Source: an uncultured Duncaniella sp. (lineage in GTDB: Bacteria > Bacteroidota > Bacteroidia > Bacteroidales > Muribaculaceae). Taken from it: a stretch of DNA of 64,000 nucleotides. Each line of letters begins with the position of its first letter. Position 1 is the stretch's first letter. Shown here in pieces: positions 1 through 9,785 of this stretch. The stretch covers positions 3,544-67,543 of the forward strand of contig CAJULW010000028.1 of assembly GCA_910587515.1 (NCBI GenBank), written 5' to 3'. Below the pieces are notes generated by a model, which saw only the letters and a program-made list of their open reading frames with translations, was not told the DNA's origin and did no database searches. The translations under genes and the position numbers were made by a program.

Positions 1-102
1 TATGATGGTTCGTAGGTTCAAGTCGGACATAGCATTATTATTGAAAGAGTCGAATCTGTTCGTCATGTATAATAACGCTGTGTCGGATAAAAAATTGTAC
101 TT

Positions 103-423
103 TTATAGAGGGAGGAATATCAAGTCTGTCTTGTCGGAAATAAGGGATGGTACGGTCGCGGCCAGACTGTTGATCAATTCTGTGAATTGTTCCGGTCCGT
201 TGATTGTACCAGATATTGAGAGCTCGGGTGGCAGTTGGTAGCCGGCTGGGGCTATTATGATTATACCGTTGTATGAGGTTGTTGAATGAGTCTCTGTGCT
301 GAAATCGCTTATGATCGGGAGGCGGTTTGGATTGTCCGGTGAATATGTCAATATGACGTTGCGATATACTTCGCTGTTCATTATGACCGCATGTGTACGG
401 ATATGGCAGGTTTTTTCGCTCAT
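103..423 (-). CDS. Hypothetical protein
   Basis: 106-aa ATG ORF 11 nt downstream of the DUF4296 gene on the same strand; no motif recognised. Confidence 0.55.
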   Translation of the reverse strand: MSEKTCHIRTHAVIMNSEVYRNVILTYSPDNPNRLPIISDFSTETHSTTSYNGIIIIAPAGYQLPPELSISGTINGPEQFTELINSLAATVPSLISDKTDLIFLPL

Positions 424-434
424 TATAGGTGGCG

Positions 435-1262
435 TTATCGGGTGTGGACAATGTGTTGTCCTGATCGCGCCTTGACATTGTCGTTTCGGCCACGTGTCCT
501 TACAAGTGATAGTGAATCGAGATATGAAACCTCGCCTTTCGTCGCCTTGTAGTGTATGGAGCCGAATAAGTTGGTGGCGGTTTTAGTTGAATCAAGCACA
601 AGTGTCAGATGTTTGCTCCCTTCAGAACCTTGGTTGAGAGTTACATACTCGGAAGTGCCGTCGTTGTAGCTGACGACAAGCGTCATGTAGATTGGTGAAT
701 GCGGGTTGACCGGACGTGCAGAAAGTGTGTAGCGGTCTCCGCGTTCCCAATAACGATCAGATCCGAAAGTGAAACTGATAAAGTCGGATGGGTTTAGGAT
801 TGAGTTGCGTCGATAGTTTGTTCCGGGCCATATATTGACAGAGTCACCGTCGATGCTTTCGCGTATAGTCCTGTCGGTATTTTTCCCTCCGGCTTTTTCG
901 GCTTCTGCTATACGTCCTTCAAGAATGGAAATTGTTTTGTCGTAGACTTTCATGTATTCTTGAAGGTGGTGTCCGTACCAATATAGCGACGTGTCAAGTT
1001 CGGCAACGCTCACACCGTGTCGCACACAGATCGACTGCATCAGTGTTTTCCTGGCAGAGTCGCTGCGATAGGATGAATTATTTGCTTCCACGACTGCCTC
1101 GCCGGTGTGTATGTCGGCCATGATTTTTGCCATCTTTTCTTCCGGAATCACATGGCTTGGAGTCTTCCCGCAGGAAACGAGTAGTATCAGTGTGATTATT
1201 GTTGGAAATATACTGCGCACGTTGGTGATGGATTTGTCAGCGTGGAATTTGCTTTTAGTCAA
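435..1262 (-). CDS. DUF4296-domain lipoprotein
   Basis: Lipobox LLVSC, then 'VIPEEKMAKIMADIH..E' and 'LDTSLYWY' typical of DUF4296; follows lspA as in Bacteroidales; true start may be GTG at 1220. Confidence 0.75.
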   Translation of the reverse strand: MTKSKFHADKSITNVRSIFPTIITLILLVSCGKTPSHVIPEEKMAKIMADIHTGEAVVEANNSSYRSDSARKTLMQSICVRHGVSVAELDTSLYWYGHHLQEYMKVYDKTISILEGRIAEAEKAGGKNTDRTIRESIDGDSVNIWPGTNYRRNSILNPSDFISFTFGSDRYWERGDRYTLSARPVNPHSPIYMTLVVSYNDGTSEYVTLNQGSEGSKHLTLVLDSTKTATNLFGSIHYKATKGEVSYLDSLSLVRTRGRNDNVKARSGQHIVHTR

Positions 1263-1899
1263 AGTTGCGTTCAGGAAGTTGCGCGAGGGCTTTTGGACTG
1301 ATGATGTAGCGGTGGTAAAAAATTACGAGCGTTATAATGCCGCACGATATGGCTGCGTCGGCAAGGTTGAATATCGGTTGGAAGAATAGGAATTCCTGTC
1401 CTCCTACCCCCGGTATCCATGAAGGCCAAACAAAGCTGAATAGCGGAAAATATAGCATATCGACTACCCGGCCGAAAAATACCGGAGCATATCCGCCAGC
1501 CTCCGGGAAAAGACTCGCGATTTGTGGTGGAAACGGATTGTTGAAAATCATTCCGTAGAACACACAGTCGAAAATATTGCCTGCCGCTCCGGCTGTCACA
1601 AAGGCCAAACAGACGACATAGCCACGTGGCACAGTCTTTAATGAATGTATCTTGGCTATATACCATATAAGAAGCGCGACGGCTACTATCCTGAACAATG
1701 TCAGGGCGAGTTTGCTGCCGAACTCCATACCGAAAGCCATGCCGTTGTTTTCGATAAAATATAAGTGAAACCAGGGGAAGATCTTAAGGTCTTCCCCAAG
1801 GTAAAAGTGGGTTTTTATCCAAATCTTGAGAGCCTGATCAAGCAGAACTACAAGAAGTATTATCAGAGTTGCAAGTGTGGCGCGTCCGCGCATTGTCAA
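1255..1899 (-). CDS. lspA: Lipoprotein signal peptidase II
   Basis: LDQ..K, NNGMAFG, GAAGNIFD, VVDML and IFNLAD motifs. Confidence 0.95.
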   Translation of the reverse strand: MTMRGRATLATLIILLVVLLDQALKIWIKTHFYLGEDLKIFPWFHLYFIENNGMAFGMEFGSKLALTLFRIVAVALLIWYIAKIHSLKTVPRGYVVCLAFVTAGAAGNIFDCVFYGMIFNNPFPPQIASLFPEAGGYAPVFFGRVVDMLYFPLFSFVWPSWIPGVGGQEFLFFQPIFNLADAAISCGIITLVIFYHRYIISPKALAQLPERNFD

Positions 1900-1915
1900 G
1901 TGTTGATGAAAGTTT

Positions 1916-2299
1916 TTATTTTTTGTTTTGCGAATTTTTAGCTTCTACGCTGCGTGTTGCGTGAGGCACTGCGCGCAGGCGTTCTTTAGGGATTAGTTCT
2001 CCGGTTTCGCAGCATACGCCATATGTTTTGTTTTCGATACGAATAAGCGCGTTCTGAAGATGTTGTATGAATTTCTTCTGACGCTGGGCGAGTTGTCCGG
2101 CTTCCTCTTTCGATAATGTGCTTGCGCCTTCTTCAAGAATCTTGAAGGTTGGTGAAGTGTCGGCTGTATCGTTGCCGTCTGTGTTGTTGATCAGGGCACG
2201 AAGTGAGTCGTATTCCTTTTGCGCCTTTTCAAGTTTATGTAATATTATATCCTTGAATTCAAGTAGTTCTTCGTCTGAATAGCGTGTCTTTTCGCTCAT
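1916..2299 (-). CDS. dksA: TraR/DksA family transcription factor
   Basis: Coiled coil followed by ALIRIENKTYGVC..TGELIPKERLRAVPHAT; ileS-dksA-lspA order. Confidence 0.85.
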   Translation of the reverse strand: MSEKTRYSDEELLEFKDIILHKLEKAQKEYDSLRALINNTDGNDTADTSPTFKILEEGASTLSKEEAGQLAQRQKKFIQHLQNALIRIENKTYGVCCETGELIPKERLRAVPHATRSVEAKNSQNKK

Positions 2300-2355
2300 A
2301 AAGGTTAAGTTTTAAGGTGTTGGCTTATGAGATATAATGATTTGTAGTTTTGATT

Positions 2356-5300
2356 TTATTTGTCGAGTGAGATTTTTACGCGTGCGCATACGTCGTCCAT
2401 CGAAAGTTCTTCTATGCCTTCTTCGTCTTGAGTAAGAGGTGCTATCTCAAGAGAGTTGGCCAGGACTTGACGGGAGATGTATTCTGCAAAATCTCGGATG
2501 GCTCCGTTGGTTTCGTCTCCGGGTGCGAAGACGAGGCGTATACGGTCTGTGATGTCATAGTTGCGAGACTTGCGTATGTTCTGTATTCGGTTGACAATGT
2601 CGCGGGCGATGCCTTCGCGCCGCAGTTCGGGTGTCACTGTGACATCAAGGGCTATGGTGAGGCTGCCTTCATTGGCCACAAGCCATCCTGGAATGTCCTC
2701 TGAGATGATTTCTACATCTGACAATGTCACTTCAACCTCTGCTCCGTCAAGTTCGAAGCTGACTTTACCTTCGTTTTCAAGTGTGGCTATCGAAGTTCCG
2801 TCAAACGCCTTTATTATTTCAGCTGCGGCTTTCATCTGTTTTCCGAATTTCGGGCCAAGCTTTTTGAAGTCAGGTTTTACGCTCTTGACGAGAATGCCTT
2901 CATCGTTGCCGACAATCTTTATCTCTTTGACATTGATCTCGCTCTTTACAAGATCCATTATCGCTTCAAGGGCGGAGCGGCGCTTGTCGTCTGCCACGGG
3001 AACCATAATCGATTGCAATGGCTGACGAACCTTTAGATTAACCTTTCGGCGGAGTGCGAGAGCCATTGACGTGATGTCCTGTGCAAGTTTCTGGCGCGCC
3101 TCGAGTTCGCTATCGATAAGAGTGGTGTCGGCTACAGGGTAGCGGTCGAGATGGACGGAGTCCGACGAGCCGGTAAGGTCACGGTAGAGGCGGTCGGCAT
3201 AGAACGGAGAGAATGGAGCCATAAGCAATGCGACTGTCTTCAAACATGTATATAAGGTCTGATATGCCGCAAGTTTGTCTTCGGTCATTTCTCCTCCCCA
3301 GAAACGTTTCCGGTTGAGGCGCACGTACCAGTTTGACAGGTTGTCGCCAATGAATTCTCCTATCGCGCGGGCTGCGCGTGTCGGCTCGTAATCGTCGAGA
3401 GCTTCGCTCACTTCTTTCACGAGGGTGTTAAGAAGCGAGAGGATCCAACGGTCGATTTCGGGACGTCTGTCGACTGGCACTTGTTGTGCGTCAGGATCGA
3501 ATCCATCCACGTTGGCGTAGAGCGCGAAGAAACCGTATGTATTATATAAGGTGGAAAAAAGTTTGCGCGATGTTTCAAGCACGCCTTTTTCGTCATATTT
3601 GAGATTGTCCCATGGAGATGAGTTAGAGATCATATACCAACGCACCGGATCAGCACCGTATTGGCCGATCTGTCCAAACGGATCTACCGCGTTGCCGAGT
3701 CGTTTCGACATTTTGTTGCCGTATTTGTCAAGTACAAGTCCGTTTGAAATGACAGTCTTGTAAGCGACGGAGTCAAATACCATTCCGGCAATAGCATGGA
3801 GCGTAAAGAACCATCCGCGCGTTTGGTCGACGCCTTCGGCTATGAAGTCGGCCGGATATACTTCCCGTTTGTCAAATGCTTCTTTGTTTTCGAAAGGATA
3901 ATGTATCTGGGCGTAGGGCATCGAGCCTGAATCGAACCATACGTCAATGAGGTCTTTTTCACGATACATCGGTCGGCCTGTCGCTGAAACGAGTACGATA
4001 TCGTCGACGTATGGGCGGTGTAGATCTATTTTTTCGTAGTTGTCCTTGTTGAAATCGCCCGGGACGAACCCTGATTTCTTATAAGGATTTTCATTCATTA
4101 CACCGGCTTCGACCGCACGTTCTATTTCAGAATATAGTTGACCTACGGATGAAATACAAATTTCCTCGCTTCCGTCTTCAGTACGCCATATTGGTAGCGG
4201 TGTACCCCAATAACGGCTGCGCGAGAGGTTCCAGTCCTGAAGGTTTTCGAGCCATTTGCCGAAACGGCCGCTGCCTGTCGACGCTGGTTTCCATTTAATG
4301 CCGTCGTTGAGTTCCATAAGGCGTTCGCGAACGGCAGTCGTGCGGATGAACCATGAGTCGAGTGGATAGTAAAGCACCGGCTTGTCTGTGCGCCAGCAGT
4401 GTGGGTAGTTATGTACGTGTTTTTCGATCTTGAATACTTTGTCGGTAGCTTTCAGCTCCATACAGATCTTTACGTCGAGCGTCTCTGTTTCATCGTTGGC
4501 CTCAGGATCGTAAGCGTTTTTGACGTACTGTCCCTGCCAGGGTTTATAAGCATCGACATTGACCATTTTTTCGACGAATTTAGGGTCGAGGTCGTCGATG
4601 GTAAAGAAACGTCCGGTAAAGTCGACCATCGGTCTGATATTGCCGTCGCGGTCGATCAGGTGGAGCGGAGGTATTCCCGCCTGCTTTGACACTCGGAGGT
4701 CGTCGGCTCCGAATGTACCAGCGATATGTACGATGCCTGTACCATCTTCAGTGGTGACGTAGTCGCCAAGAATCACACGGAAAGCGCCTTCTCCGGGATT
4801 GACCCATGGAAGAAGCTGCTCATAATTGATGCCGACAAGATCCGACCCTTTGACTTGGGCTACGACTTCGTATGGAATCAGCTTGTCACCTTTATTATAG
4901 CTGTCGAGTGATAACTCACTGGCTTTGGGATTGAAAAGCGAAGCCATCAGTGCGTCAGCGGCTATGACGGTTTCTGCTTTGCCGGAGTATGGATTGTATG
5001 TACGTACGATATTATATACTATTTCCGGACCGACAGCGAGAGCTGTGTTTGAGGGGAGTGTCCACGGTGTGGTAGTCCATGCGAGAAAATAAGGGGTTCC
5101 CCACTTGAACAATATGTCGCGGTAAGGAACGAGTGCCGGACAGTTGTCGTCAATGATTCGGAACTGCGCCACGCATGTGGTGTCTTTCACGTCTCGGTAG
5201 CAGCCTGGCTGGTTCAATTCATGAGAACTCAGCCCAGTGCCTGCGGCTGGTGAATATGGTTGTATGGTGTATCCCTTATATAGATATCCTTTTTCATAGA

Positions 5301-5802
5301 GCTGTCCGAGAAGCCACCATACGCTTTCTATATAACGATTGTCGTATGTGATGTAAGCGTTTGGCATGTCGACCCAATAACCCATTTTTCTGGTCAGGTC
5401 TTCCCATTCGTTGGTATATTTCATCACTTCGCTGCGACATGCCGCGTTGTAGTCATCGACGGAAATTTTTTTGCCGATGTCCTCTTTGGTGATGCCAAGA
5501 TTTTTTTCGACTCCAAGTTCGACGGGGAGGCCATGTGTGTCCCATCCGGCTTTACGTTTCACTTGGAATCCCTGCATGGTTTTGTAGCGGCAGAAAATAT
5601 CTTTAATGGTACGCGCAAGAACATGGTGGATGCCTGGCTTTCCGTTTGCAGAGGGCGGGCCTTCAAAGAATACGAATGACGGGCAGCCTTCGCGTTCTGA
5701 CATCGTGCGTGAAAAGACGTCGGCCGCGTCCCATTGAGAGAGTATTGATTCGTTGATCTCGGGTAGGTTAAGTCCGCTATATTCTTTGAATCTCTTTGAC
5801 AT
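2356..5802 (-). CDS. ileS: Isoleucine--tRNA ligase (type 2 IleRS)
   Basis: EGPPSANGKPGIHH, GWDTHGLPVE, WTTTPWTLPSN, SRSRYWGTPLP and KMSKR; 1148 aa. Confidence 0.97.
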   Translation of the reverse strand: MSKRFKEYSGLNLPEINESILSQWDAADVFSRTMSEREGCPSFVFFEGPPSANGKPGIHHVLARTIKDIFCRYKTMQGFQVKRKAGWDTHGLPVELGVEKNLGITKEDIGKKISVDDYNAACRSEVMKYTNEWEDLTRKMGYWVDMPNAYITYDNRYIESVWWLLGQLYEKGYLYKGYTIQPYSPAAGTGLSSHELNQPGCYRDVKDTTCVAQFRIIDDNCPALVPYRDILFKWGTPYFLAWTTTPWTLPSNTALAVGPEIVYNIVRTYNPYSGKAETVIAADALMASLFNPKASELSLDSYNKGDKLIPYEVVAQVKGSDLVGINYEQLLPWVNPGEGAFRVILGDYVTTEDGTGIVHIAGTFGADDLRVSKQAGIPPLHLIDRDGNIRPMVDFTGRFFTIDDLDPKFVEKMVNVDAYKPWQGQYVKNAYDPEANDETETLDVKICMELKATDKVFKIEKHVHNYPHCWRTDKPVLYYPLDSWFIRTTAVRERLMELNDGIKWKPASTGSGRFGKWLENLQDWNLSRSRYWGTPLPIWRTEDGSEEICISSVGQLYSEIERAVEAGVMNENPYKKSGFVPGDFNKDNYEKIDLHRPYVDDIVLVSATGRPMYREKDLIDVWFDSGSMPYAQIHYPFENKEAFDKREVYPADFIAEGVDQTRGWFFTLHAIAGMVFDSVAYKTVISNGLVLDKYGNKMSKRLGNAVDPFGQIGQYGADPVRWYMISNSSPWDNLKYDEKGVLETSRKLFSTLYNTYGFFALYANVDGFDPDAQQVPVDRRPEIDRWILSLLNTLVKEVSEALDDYEPTRAARAIGEFIGDNLSNWYVRLNRKRFWGGEMTEDKLAAYQTLYTCLKTVALLMAPFSPFYADRLYRDLTGSSDSVHLDRYPVADTTLIDSELEARQKLAQDITSMALALRRKVNLKVRQPLQSIMVPVADDKRRSALEAIMDLVKSEINVKEIKIVGNDEGILVKSVKPDFKKLGPKFGKQMKAAAEIIKAFDGTSIATLENEGKVSFELDGAEVEVTLSDVEIISEDIPGWLVANEGSLTIALDVTVTPELRREGIARDIVNRIQNIRKSRNYDITDRIRLVFAPGDETNGAIRDFAEYISRQVLANSLEIAPLTQDEEGIEELSMDDVCARVKISLDK

Positions 5803-5898
5803 GACGAGATGAAATTTTGTAGTGATTGTTATATAATCAATGTACGTATAGTAAAAATTTTTGCAAAAGTAGTAATTATTTCCCGAAAAACCTAATCG

Positions 5899-6468
5899 TT
5901 ACATAAAGGCTTGTTTGCGCTCAAGCACCGGGAATCCGAAGAAGCCGTCTTTAAGTTTTATCTCAAGGGTGCTCCCGTTGCGTATACGGTCATACCGTTT
6001 TTTAGGAACAGTTATGTCTTTGATGCGTCCGTCGGAAAATTTTACACGGATCAGATATTCATAATATGGCGCACCGCGTTTATATACACGTCGGCCTACA
6101 CGTTCGCTTTTGTAGTGTGTTTCGCGGTAATGGCCTTCGACTATGGCCTTCTCTATGTGTGTCGATGAATCGTCGGCAAGAAAGAAGTTGATGGCAAAAA
6201 TCATAAAAATGAACATGCTGGTGGCCGCTGTCAAGTGAATTAATAGTCGCAATAGCCTATGTATGTTTGGGAGTGATCGTTCCCATTGCTTGCCGAGCGG
6301 TATCCATGTCAGCAATGAAAGAGTGAGTGCGATTGACCATGGGATTTGCCAATTGACTATAGTGTAATTGTTGATCGCTATTGCTCCCCCGTAGAGAAAT
6401 ATCAGAAGCATTGTCGCTATCACCCATTTTGCGATGCTTTTTGTTTCTTTCGATTTAGAACTTGACAT
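5899..6468 (-). CDS. Hypothetical membrane protein
   Basis: Three hydrophobic segments then a basic soluble C-domain ending GFFGFPV; start moved to ATG 6468 because the longer ORF overlaps the divergent promoter. Confidence 0.7.
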   Translation of the reverse strand: MSSSKSKETKSIAKWVIATMLLIFLYGGAIAINNYTIVNWQIPWSIALTLSLLTWIPLGKQWERSLPNIHRLLRLLIHLTAATSMFIFMIFAINFFLADDSSTHIEKAIVEGHYRETHYKSERVGRRVYKRGAPYYEYLIRVKFSDGRIKDITVPKKRYDRIRNGSTLEIKLKDGFFGFPVLERKQAFM

Positions 6469-6636
6469 GGCCTTATGAGATGGTTCCTGTGATTTATGGC
6501 GCAAAGTTACGTTGTTTGTCGTAGAAAAGGATACGATGTTGTTAAAATTTTGTAACTTTGCCACCGGAAAGGTAGCATCATTGTATTGATTCAAAATTTT
6601 TTTCAAGTTTACGAAAAACCTAATCACATTAATGTA

Positions 6637-7437
6637 ATGAACAAGAATTTTCTAAAAGTGTTGGCTGTGGCACTCGGTCTTGCTGTCACAGCTCCTGCAT
6701 CAGCGCAGTTCAATCTTGGTAAGGCCATAAGTGCCGGAGCCAAGGCGGCCAAGGCGGCTACGCTTACCGATGCCCAAATGGCGGCGTACGTGAAAGAGTC
6801 TGTCGATTGGATGGATGAACACAACCCTGTCACTCCTGATGATGATCCATATACTATCCGTCTTAAGAAGCTGACTGAAGGTCTTAACGACGCTGATGGT
6901 ATACCCTTGAATTTTAAGGTTTATCGTGTTATAGACGTAAACGCCTTTGCATGTGCCGATGGCAGTGTACGTGTGTTCTCATCATTGATGGACATAATGA
7001 GCGATGACGAGCTTCTCGGTATCATCGGTCATGAAATAGGCCATGTCGCCAAGCATCATTCTAAAAACGCTTTCCGTACGGAGCTTCTGACCGGTGCATT
7101 GAAAGATGGTGTGGCTTCAGCCGGAGGCGCGGCGGCGGCTTTGACCGAGTCGCAGCTCGGAGTGCTCGGAGAGTCTCTTGTCAATGCGAAATATTCACAA
7201 AAGCAGGAGAACGAAGCTGATGACTATGGCTATGAATTTTTGAAATCCCACGGTAAAAATCCTTGGGGTATGGTGATGGCTTTTGAAAAATTCCTTAAAA
7301 TGGAAGAAGAGGCCGGTTCCAAATCGAGCTATGTCGACAAAATGTTCTCATCACATCCTGAGACTGTCGCACGTATTGAACGGATGACTAAGCGTTGCAA
7401 TAAGGACAAAATAGAACGTCCGGTAAATGAAAAATAA
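6637..7437 (+). CDS. M48 family metallopeptidase (LoiP-like)
   Basis: Signal peptide, NAFA, HEIGH zinc motif, E.EAD and SSHP. Confidence 0.9.
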   Translation: MNKNFLKVLAVALGLAVTAPASAQFNLGKAISAGAKAAKAATLTDAQMAAYVKESVDWMDEHNPVTPDDDPYTIRLKKLTEGLNDADGIPLNFKVYRVIDVNAFACADGSVRVFSSLMDIMSDDELLGIIGHEIGHVAKHHSKNAFRTELLTGALKDGVASAGGAAAALTESQLGVLGESLVNAKYSQKQENEADDYGYEFLKSHGKNPWGMVMAFEKFLKMEEEAGSKSSYVDKMFSSHPETVARIERMTKRCNKDKIERPVNEK

Positions 7438-7483
7438 TAAGATCGGTTGCGTCTGATTTTTATCGTAGTAATAAAATCTCATG

Positions 7484-7523
7484 AAAGACCCGGAGACCTC
7501 ATTGTGAGGATTTCGGGCCTTTT
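7484..7523 (+). terminator. Intrinsic terminator
   Basis: Imperfect stem aaagacccggag/tttcgggcctttt with T-rich tail after the M48 gene. Confidence 0.6.
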
Positions 7524-7615
7524 GTCTTTTAGTATCTCCAATTTATTGAGGTGTCATAAAAGGGATGAATGAAAAAAAGAGTAATTTTGCAGATTGATAA
7601 GTAAATGATTGATTT

Positions 7616-8953
7616 ATGAGATTTGACGAGCTTGATCTAAGCGACGATATACTTGACGCTCTCGATGCGATGCGTTTTGATGAGTGCACCCCTATTCAGG
7701 AACAGGCGATACCTGTGATACTCGAAGGACGTGACCTTATTGCTGTGGCTCAGACCGGAACGGGAAAGACCGCGGCCTATTTGCTGCCTGTAATCGACCG
7801 CCTTGCAGATATGCCGGAGGCAAAGGACTATGTAAACTGTATCGTGATGGCTCCTACGCGTGAGCTGGCGCAGCAAATCGACCGGCAGATGGAAGGATTC
7901 GCCTATTTTGTCCCGGTAAGCAGCGTGGCCATTTATGGAGGTACTGACGGGGCGACTTTCGCTCAGCAACAGCGGGGGTTGAAAATGGGTGCGGATGTGG
8001 TGATCGCCACTCCCGGACGATTGCTCGCGCATTTACAGATGGGATACGTAGACCTTTCGCGCGTATCATATTTTATTCTCGACGAGGCTGACCGTATGCT
8101 TGACATGGGATTTTACGATGACATAATGCAGATAGTAAAGCATTTGCCAAAAGAACGCCGGACTTTAATGTTTTCGGCTACCATGCCTCCGAAAATCCAA
8201 CAGATGGCTAAAGCAATACTGAATGATCCGGCTGAGGTTAAGATTGCGGTATCGAAGCCGACCGAGAGGATCGATCAATCGGCTTTTGTCTGCCATGAGG
8301 CTCAGAAGCATGGTGTTTTGAAACATCTTTTCAAGACGGCACATTCTCGACGTGTGATTGTTTTCTCGTCTTCGAAACTCAAGGTAAAGGATTTGGCCAA
8401 AGAGTTGCGTCGTTCAAAGATAAAGGTTGGAGAGATGCATTCGGATCTTGGACAGTCTGAACGCGACGAGGTGATGCATGATTTTCGTGCCGGCAGGATA
8501 GATGTGCTTGTGGCCACAGATATACTTGCAAGAGGCATTGATATCGATGACATAGCAATGGTAGTTAATTATGATGTGCCTCATGAAGCCGAAGATTATG
8601 TGCACCGTATAGGCCGTACGGCAAGGGCGAATGCCGATGGTAAGGCTGTCACGCTTGTAAGCCTGCGTGACCAAGCCAAGTTCGGAGAGATAGAATCTTT
8701 TTTGGGCTATGAGGTGCGCAAAGAAGAGCTTCCTGCTTTATTGGGTGAGGCTCCGGCATACAGCCCTCAAAGACGGATGACGGATAAAAATCGCAACGGA
8801 AGCAGAACGAGAAAACCGCATGGAGATTCAGGTATGCAGACCCGGAAAGATCGTCCGTCCGTCCAAAATCGAAAAAAGGGAAACAATCTACATGGACGAA
8901 AGAAAAGAAACGGAGCCAAACCGAAAAATCCCGGATCGACAGCCCCTGAATAG
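7616..8953 (+). CDS. DEAD-box RNA helicase (RhlE-like)
   Basis: Q motif, AQTGTGKT, PTRELA, TPGRL, DEAD, SAT, ARGID and HRIGRTAR; basic tail. Confidence 0.95.
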   Translation: MRFDELDLSDDILDALDAMRFDECTPIQEQAIPVILEGRDLIAVAQTGTGKTAAYLLPVIDRLADMPEAKDYVNCIVMAPTRELAQQIDRQMEGFAYFVPVSSVAIYGGTDGATFAQQQRGLKMGADVVIATPGRLLAHLQMGYVDLSRVSYFILDEADRMLDMGFYDDIMQIVKHLPKERRTLMFSATMPPKIQQMAKAILNDPAEVKIAVSKPTERIDQSAFVCHEAQKHGVLKHLFKTAHSRRVIVFSSSKLKVKDLAKELRRSKIKVGEMHSDLGQSERDEVMHDFRAGRIDVLVATDILARGIDIDDIAMVVNYDVPHEAEDYVHRIGRTARANADGKAVTLVSLRDQAKFGEIESFLGYEVRKEELPALLGEAPAYSPQRRMTDKNRNGSRTRKPHGDSGMQTRKDRPSVQNRKKGNNLHGRKKRNGAKPKNPGSTAPE

Positions 8954-8985
8954 TCCGGTTAACGACTTGAAGATAAATAATTATA

Positions 8986-9026
8986 GAAGCCGGCCGTCCA
9001 TCAGTTGATGGACGACCGGTTTCTTC
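8986..9026. terminator. Hairpin/terminator between convergent genes
   Basis: ccggccgtccatca / tgatggacgaccgg inverted repeat. Confidence 0.6.
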
Positions 9027-9077
9027 GATGTTATAGTTTTGTGAAAAATACGTTTTGGTTGGGCGTACACCAACGTA

Positions 9078-9629
9078 TTAATGCTTGGCGAATTCGATTT
9101 TGCCTACAAGTTTGCGTGATGTGCCAGGGTTTTCTGTCGAACGGACCGATGGTTGGTGCATATCTGCGGGAAAATACAGAAAAAAGCGGTCCGGTGATGC
9201 GGGAGAATAGTCTATTTTTTCGTTCGTGCTGTAGTTTGTGCGGTCTTTTACGGGATCGTATTCGTTTATTGGGGTGACATTGCCGGCGAGTCCCATCAAT
9301 TCGTTGCCGACGTATGTATATTGTAGGTCGATAAAATCTCGGTGGGATTCTATTTTTGTATCCTCGGCTGATTTCGGGGTGTATTCAAGTACATTGATCC
9401 AAAGGCGTCCTTCCTCAAGAACGATTTTGCCTGGTTCGAGAGTCATTGGATCGGTTTCAGCAAGAAACTTGAATAGTTTGTCCCAAAGATCCTTATTTTT
9501 GTTGTATTGAGTGGCGAATTCTATCGCGTTGATGCTTTTGTCGGCATCGACTTTCCATCCGTTGGACCAGCATCGGCTTTCCATCCAAGTTTTTGCTTCG
9601 GAGGGGGTCATGGCGTTTTCGGTTGACAT
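9078..9629 (-). CDS. YhcH/YjgK/YiaL (NanQ/TabA-like) family protein
   Basis: ESHRDFIDLQY, FFLYFPADMHQP and RKLVGKI motifs. Confidence 0.88.
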   Translation of the reverse strand: MSTENAMTPSEAKTWMESRCWSNGWKVDADKSINAIEFATQYNKNKDLWDKLFKFLAETDPMTLEPGKIVLEEGRLWINVLEYTPKSAEDTKIESHRDFIDLQYTYVGNELMGLAGNVTPINEYDPVKDRTNYSTNEKIDYSPASPDRFFLYFPADMHQPSVRSTENPGTSRKLVGKIEFAKH

Positions 9630-9785
9630 GGTTTATGATATTTGGATTAATCTTTATTAATGTGCGCAAAAGTAGTCAATGACGGTGAAATAAGCAAATC
9701 TGTCGATATGTGTTTGGCTTATGTGAAAAAAACTGTAATTTTGTAGTCACAGCGAATGCAGCATATAATCTATCATTAAAATATC

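Noticed and set aside
1..66. Possible start of a minus-strand gene running off the window (MSDLNLRTII)
   Set aside because: Too short to support a call
1916..5802. KMSKR variant in IleRS and incomplete zinc finger in DksA
   Set aside because: Ordinary features of Bacteroidetes orthologues
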